Source of the DNA: an uncultured Alphaproteobacteria bacterium
GTDB lineage: Bacteria > Pseudomonadota > Alphaproteobacteria > Rhizobiales > CAWCWK01
DNA: 64,000 nt
Direction: 5' to 3'
Assembly: GCA_963842125.1 (NCBI GenBank)
Contig: CAWJFE010000001.1
Location: 554,924-618,923 of the forward strand
In this document: positions 61,960 through 64,000 of the stretch, one piece after another
Numbering within the stretch: position 1 is the stretch's first letter
How the letters are laid out: each line of letters starts with the position of its first letter
Position numbers and translations under genes: made by a program
Notes under the pieces: model-generated
What the model saw: the letters and a program-made list of their open reading frames with translations, nothing else
Told to the model about the DNA's origin: nothing
Databases searched by the model: none

Positions 61960-62651
61960 GCTCCGGCGCAGCCGCCGTCGCGGCGGCCTTCGACCGTGAT
62001 GCGCCGGACTACGATGCCGCGCGGCGGCGCCTCGTCCCCTGCTTCGACGATTTCTATGGCGCAGCCCTCGATGCCGTCGCCGAAGCCGATCCTGGAGCGG
62101 CACCCCGCATGCTCGACCTCGGCGCGGGTACGGGCCTCCTCTCGGCGCTTCTCCTACGGCGCTTCCCGGACGCTTCGCTATCGCTGATGGATGCCAGCGA
62201 CGCCATGCTGGAAGGCGCGCGTCGGCGGTTGTCCGAGGTGGACGGCATCGCCTTCGAGGTCGCCGATTTCGGCGCCGCGGCCCTTGGCGGGCCATGGACC
62301 GCGATCGTCTCTGCGCTCGCCATTCACCATCTCGAGGACGACGCGAAGCGCGCCCTCTTCGCACGCGTGGCGGTCGCGCTCGCCCCTGGCGGCGTCTTCG
62401 TCAACGCCGAACAGGTCGCTGGTCCGACACCGGCGCGAGACGCCGCCGATGCGCGCAAATGGATGACCGAGATCACCGCGCTCGGCTCCGATGCCGACGA
62501 GATTGCGGCAGCCGGACGCCGGATGGCGCACGACCGCTGCGCCAGCGTCGAGGATCAGCTCCGCTGGATGCGAGACGCCGGACTTCGCGACGTGGACTGC
62601 ACCTACAAGAATGGCCGCTTCGCCGTGATGACGGGCCGCGCGCCCGACTAG
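61956..62651 (+). CDS. class I SAM-dependent methyltransferase
   Basis: SAM motif [13 protein letters not shown], motif post-[14 protein letters not shown] overlap with msrA. The TAG stop lies inside the CTAG of repeat copy 3. Confidence 0.75.
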   Translation: MSSGAAAVAAAFDRDAPDYDAARRRLVPCFDDFYGAALDAVAEADPGAAPRMLDLGAGTGLLSALLLRRFPDASLSLMDASDAMLEGARRRLSEVDGIAFEVADFGAAALGGPWTAIVSALAIHHLEDDAKRALFARVAVALAPGGVFVNAEQVAGPTPARDAADARKWMTEITALGSDADEIAAAGRRMAHDRCASVEDQLRWMRDAGLRDVDCTYKNGRFAVMTGRAPD

Positions 62652-62755
62652 AGCGCGTCCGGTTCCTCTCCATTCACCGAACGCGCTCCAGCGCTTGGTT
62701 TGTGCGCAGTTCCTTACGATGCGGTGCTATCGCACCTCCGCTGGAACGGCTCGAG
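62648..62755 (+). repeat. CTAG-bounded hairpin repeat, full form (copy 3)
   Basis: ctagagcgcgtccggttcctctccattcaccgaacgcgctcc...gttccttacgatgcggtgctatcgcacctccgctggaacggctcgag. Near-identical to the reverse complement of 32614-32721. Confidence 0.8.
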
Positions 62756-62788
62756 GTCGGTTCCTGCCTACGTTGGCTCGACCCTTAT

Positions 62789-62842
62789 CCTCACCTCCTC
62801 GTCATCCTTAGGTCGGTGCCCGAGAATGACGAGGAGGTGAGG
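62789..62842. repeat. perfect 17-bp-stem hairpin, compact relative of the 30931-31107 element
   Basis: cctcacctcctcgtcat(62789-805) / atgacgaggaggtgagg(62826-42). The loop ccttaggtcggtgcccgaga matches the inner part of the right arm at 31070-31090. Confidence 0.8.
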
Positions 62843-62875
62843 TTGCTTACCGGACCGGGCTTTGCTGGAACCGCT

Positions 62876-63844
62876 CTAGTTCAGGCGCACCCTCGGCAAA
62901 GGCACCGCCACCCGGATCGGTGCGCCGCCGGCGGTAAGGACGTTGCGGCAGGCGTTGGGGAGGCCGGCAAGGGTCAGCGGGGGCTTGGGCTTGGCGGGTG
63001 CGGCGCCGGGCTTGGGGGTCCAGGGCTCGTCGGAGAGCCAGTAGGCGAGCGCACCGCCGCAGCCCGTGCCGGCCGGCGGCGGGTTCTGGTTCTGGCACTG
63101 GCTCGCGCCGGCCGGGCAGTTGAGGCGGACGTGGAAGTGGTAGTGGTGGCCGTACCAGGGCCGCACGCGGCGCAGCCAGTCGGTCTCCCCGCGCCCAAGC
63201 TGCGGAGCCATGCGGCACAGACCCTCTTTGATGGCCGGATGGACGAAGATGCGCGCCACCCGGTCGTCGGAGGCGGCGCGCTTGATGATCGAGGCGTGGT
63301 CGCGGGTGAACTTCGCGGTGTCGAGCGTGCGGGTGCCCTCCTTCAGCATCGAGGTCGCGCTGATCTCCTCGCGCTCCCTGTCGGAGAGACGCCGGTCGGG
63401 CATCTCCGTCAGCCAGATATCGGCGTCGAGGCCGATCTGGTGGCTGGCATGGCCGGTCAGCATCGGCCCGCCGCGCGGCTGGCTGAGATCGCCGACGAGA
63501 AGCCCGTTCCAACCCACGCCCGGCGCATCGGCCGCGAGATCGCGCAGGAAATCGACCAATTCGGGATGGCCCCAATTGCGGTTGCGGCTGAGGCGCATGG
63601 CCTGCCAGGTCGGACCGTCTTCTTCGAGCCTCTCGGCGCCCGCGACGCAGCCCTTGGCATAGGAGCCGTAGGGGGCGGGCGTCATCGGAGCCGCATCGAC
63701 TGCCGCGCCGAAGAGCTGTTTGGCCGGCGTCTGGGCGAGCGCGCCCGTCGCCGTCAGCGCTGCGAGGCCGAGCGCGCCGAAGAGGGCGGGGAGCCGGCGA
63801 GGATCGGGTCGAAGGCGATCGGGTATGGGCAGGGACAGGGGCAT
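62876..63844 (-). CDS. mepA: penicillin-insensitive murein endopeptidase (peptidase M74)
   Basis: GHASHQIGLDADIWL and YGHHYHFHVRLNCP zinc-ligand motifs. Signal peptide ALFGALGLAALTATGALAQ. Start at MPLSLPIP (63844). Confidence 0.85.
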   Translation of the reverse strand: MPLSLPIPDRLRPDPRRLPALFGALGLAALTATGALAQTPAKQLFGAAVDAAPMTPAPYGSYAKGCVAGAERLEEDGPTWQAMRLSRNRNWGHPELVDFLRDLAADAPGVGWNGLLVGDLSQPRGGPMLTGHASHQIGLDADIWLTEMPDRRLSDREREEISATSMLKEGTRTLDTAKFTRDHASIIKRAASDDRVARIFVHPAIKEGLCRMAPQLGRGETDWLRRVRPWYGHHYHFHVRLNCPAGASQCQNQNPPPAGTGCGGALAYWLSDEPWTPKPGAAPAKPKPPLTLAGLPNACRNVLTAGGAPIRVAVPLPRVRLN

Positions 63845-64000
63845 GGGCGGGCACCTCGTTGCAGGGCGGCCGGAGGAGAGCGGACGTCGCCAGGCAGTCT
63901 GCCGCGCCGCTGTCGGGCCGGCAAGCCGAACGCGGGCATAGGAAGGCTCGCATGCGCGGCGGCTCACCCGAAGTCATCGAAATAACCGATTGTTGAGTTC

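Overview
High-GC (about 68-70% by eye) chromosomal segment that looks alphaproteobacterial, probably Hyphomicrobiales/Rhizobiales-like, judged from synteny blocks: mutT-GNAT-argJ-PPIase/secA and yceD-plsX-fabH-ihfA-merR. About 60 genes can be supported. They fall into six groups. (1) Sugar and small-molecule metabolism: isomerase, GH31, 2-hydroxyacid and Ldh_2 dehydrogenases, cupins, a MetE-like/HIT/hydrolase cassette. (2) Two c-di-GMP turnover proteins. (3) Housekeeping genes: secA, hppA, bamE, plsX, fabH, ihfA, argJ, mutT, msrA, mepA. (4) A 13.6 kb flagellar export/basal-body cluster at 32.7-46.3 kb: flhB-fliR-fliQ-fliE-flgC-flgB, divergent fliO-fliP, and fliL-fliM followed by three accessory genes. 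(5) copCD. (6) A TRAP permease with psuK-psuG, and a sugar ABC operon. I found no rRNA, tRNA, CRISPR array, transposase, integrase or recognisable defence system. Most long ORFs in the six-frame track are out-of-frame or antisense shadows typical of high-GC DNA. The parts that ordinary annotation does not explain are: (a) uncharacterised components of the flagellar cluster, namely a roughly 540 aa FliO with a long disordered region, a 1147 aa secreted beta-module plus TPR-like protein next to a MotE-like gene, and a small TM coiled-coil protein; (b) a shared candidate cis-regulatory module (GTTAAC pairs 21 bp apart plus a GGCA-N5-TGCC dyad) in both flagellar promoter regions; (c) two families of CTAG-bounded, hairpin-forming intergenic mosaic repeats, one pair bracketing a frameshifted ugd gene in inverted orientation; (d) several short tandem-repeat arrays in intergenic spacers. 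All functional calls come from reading motifs in the translated ORFs. No database search was run.
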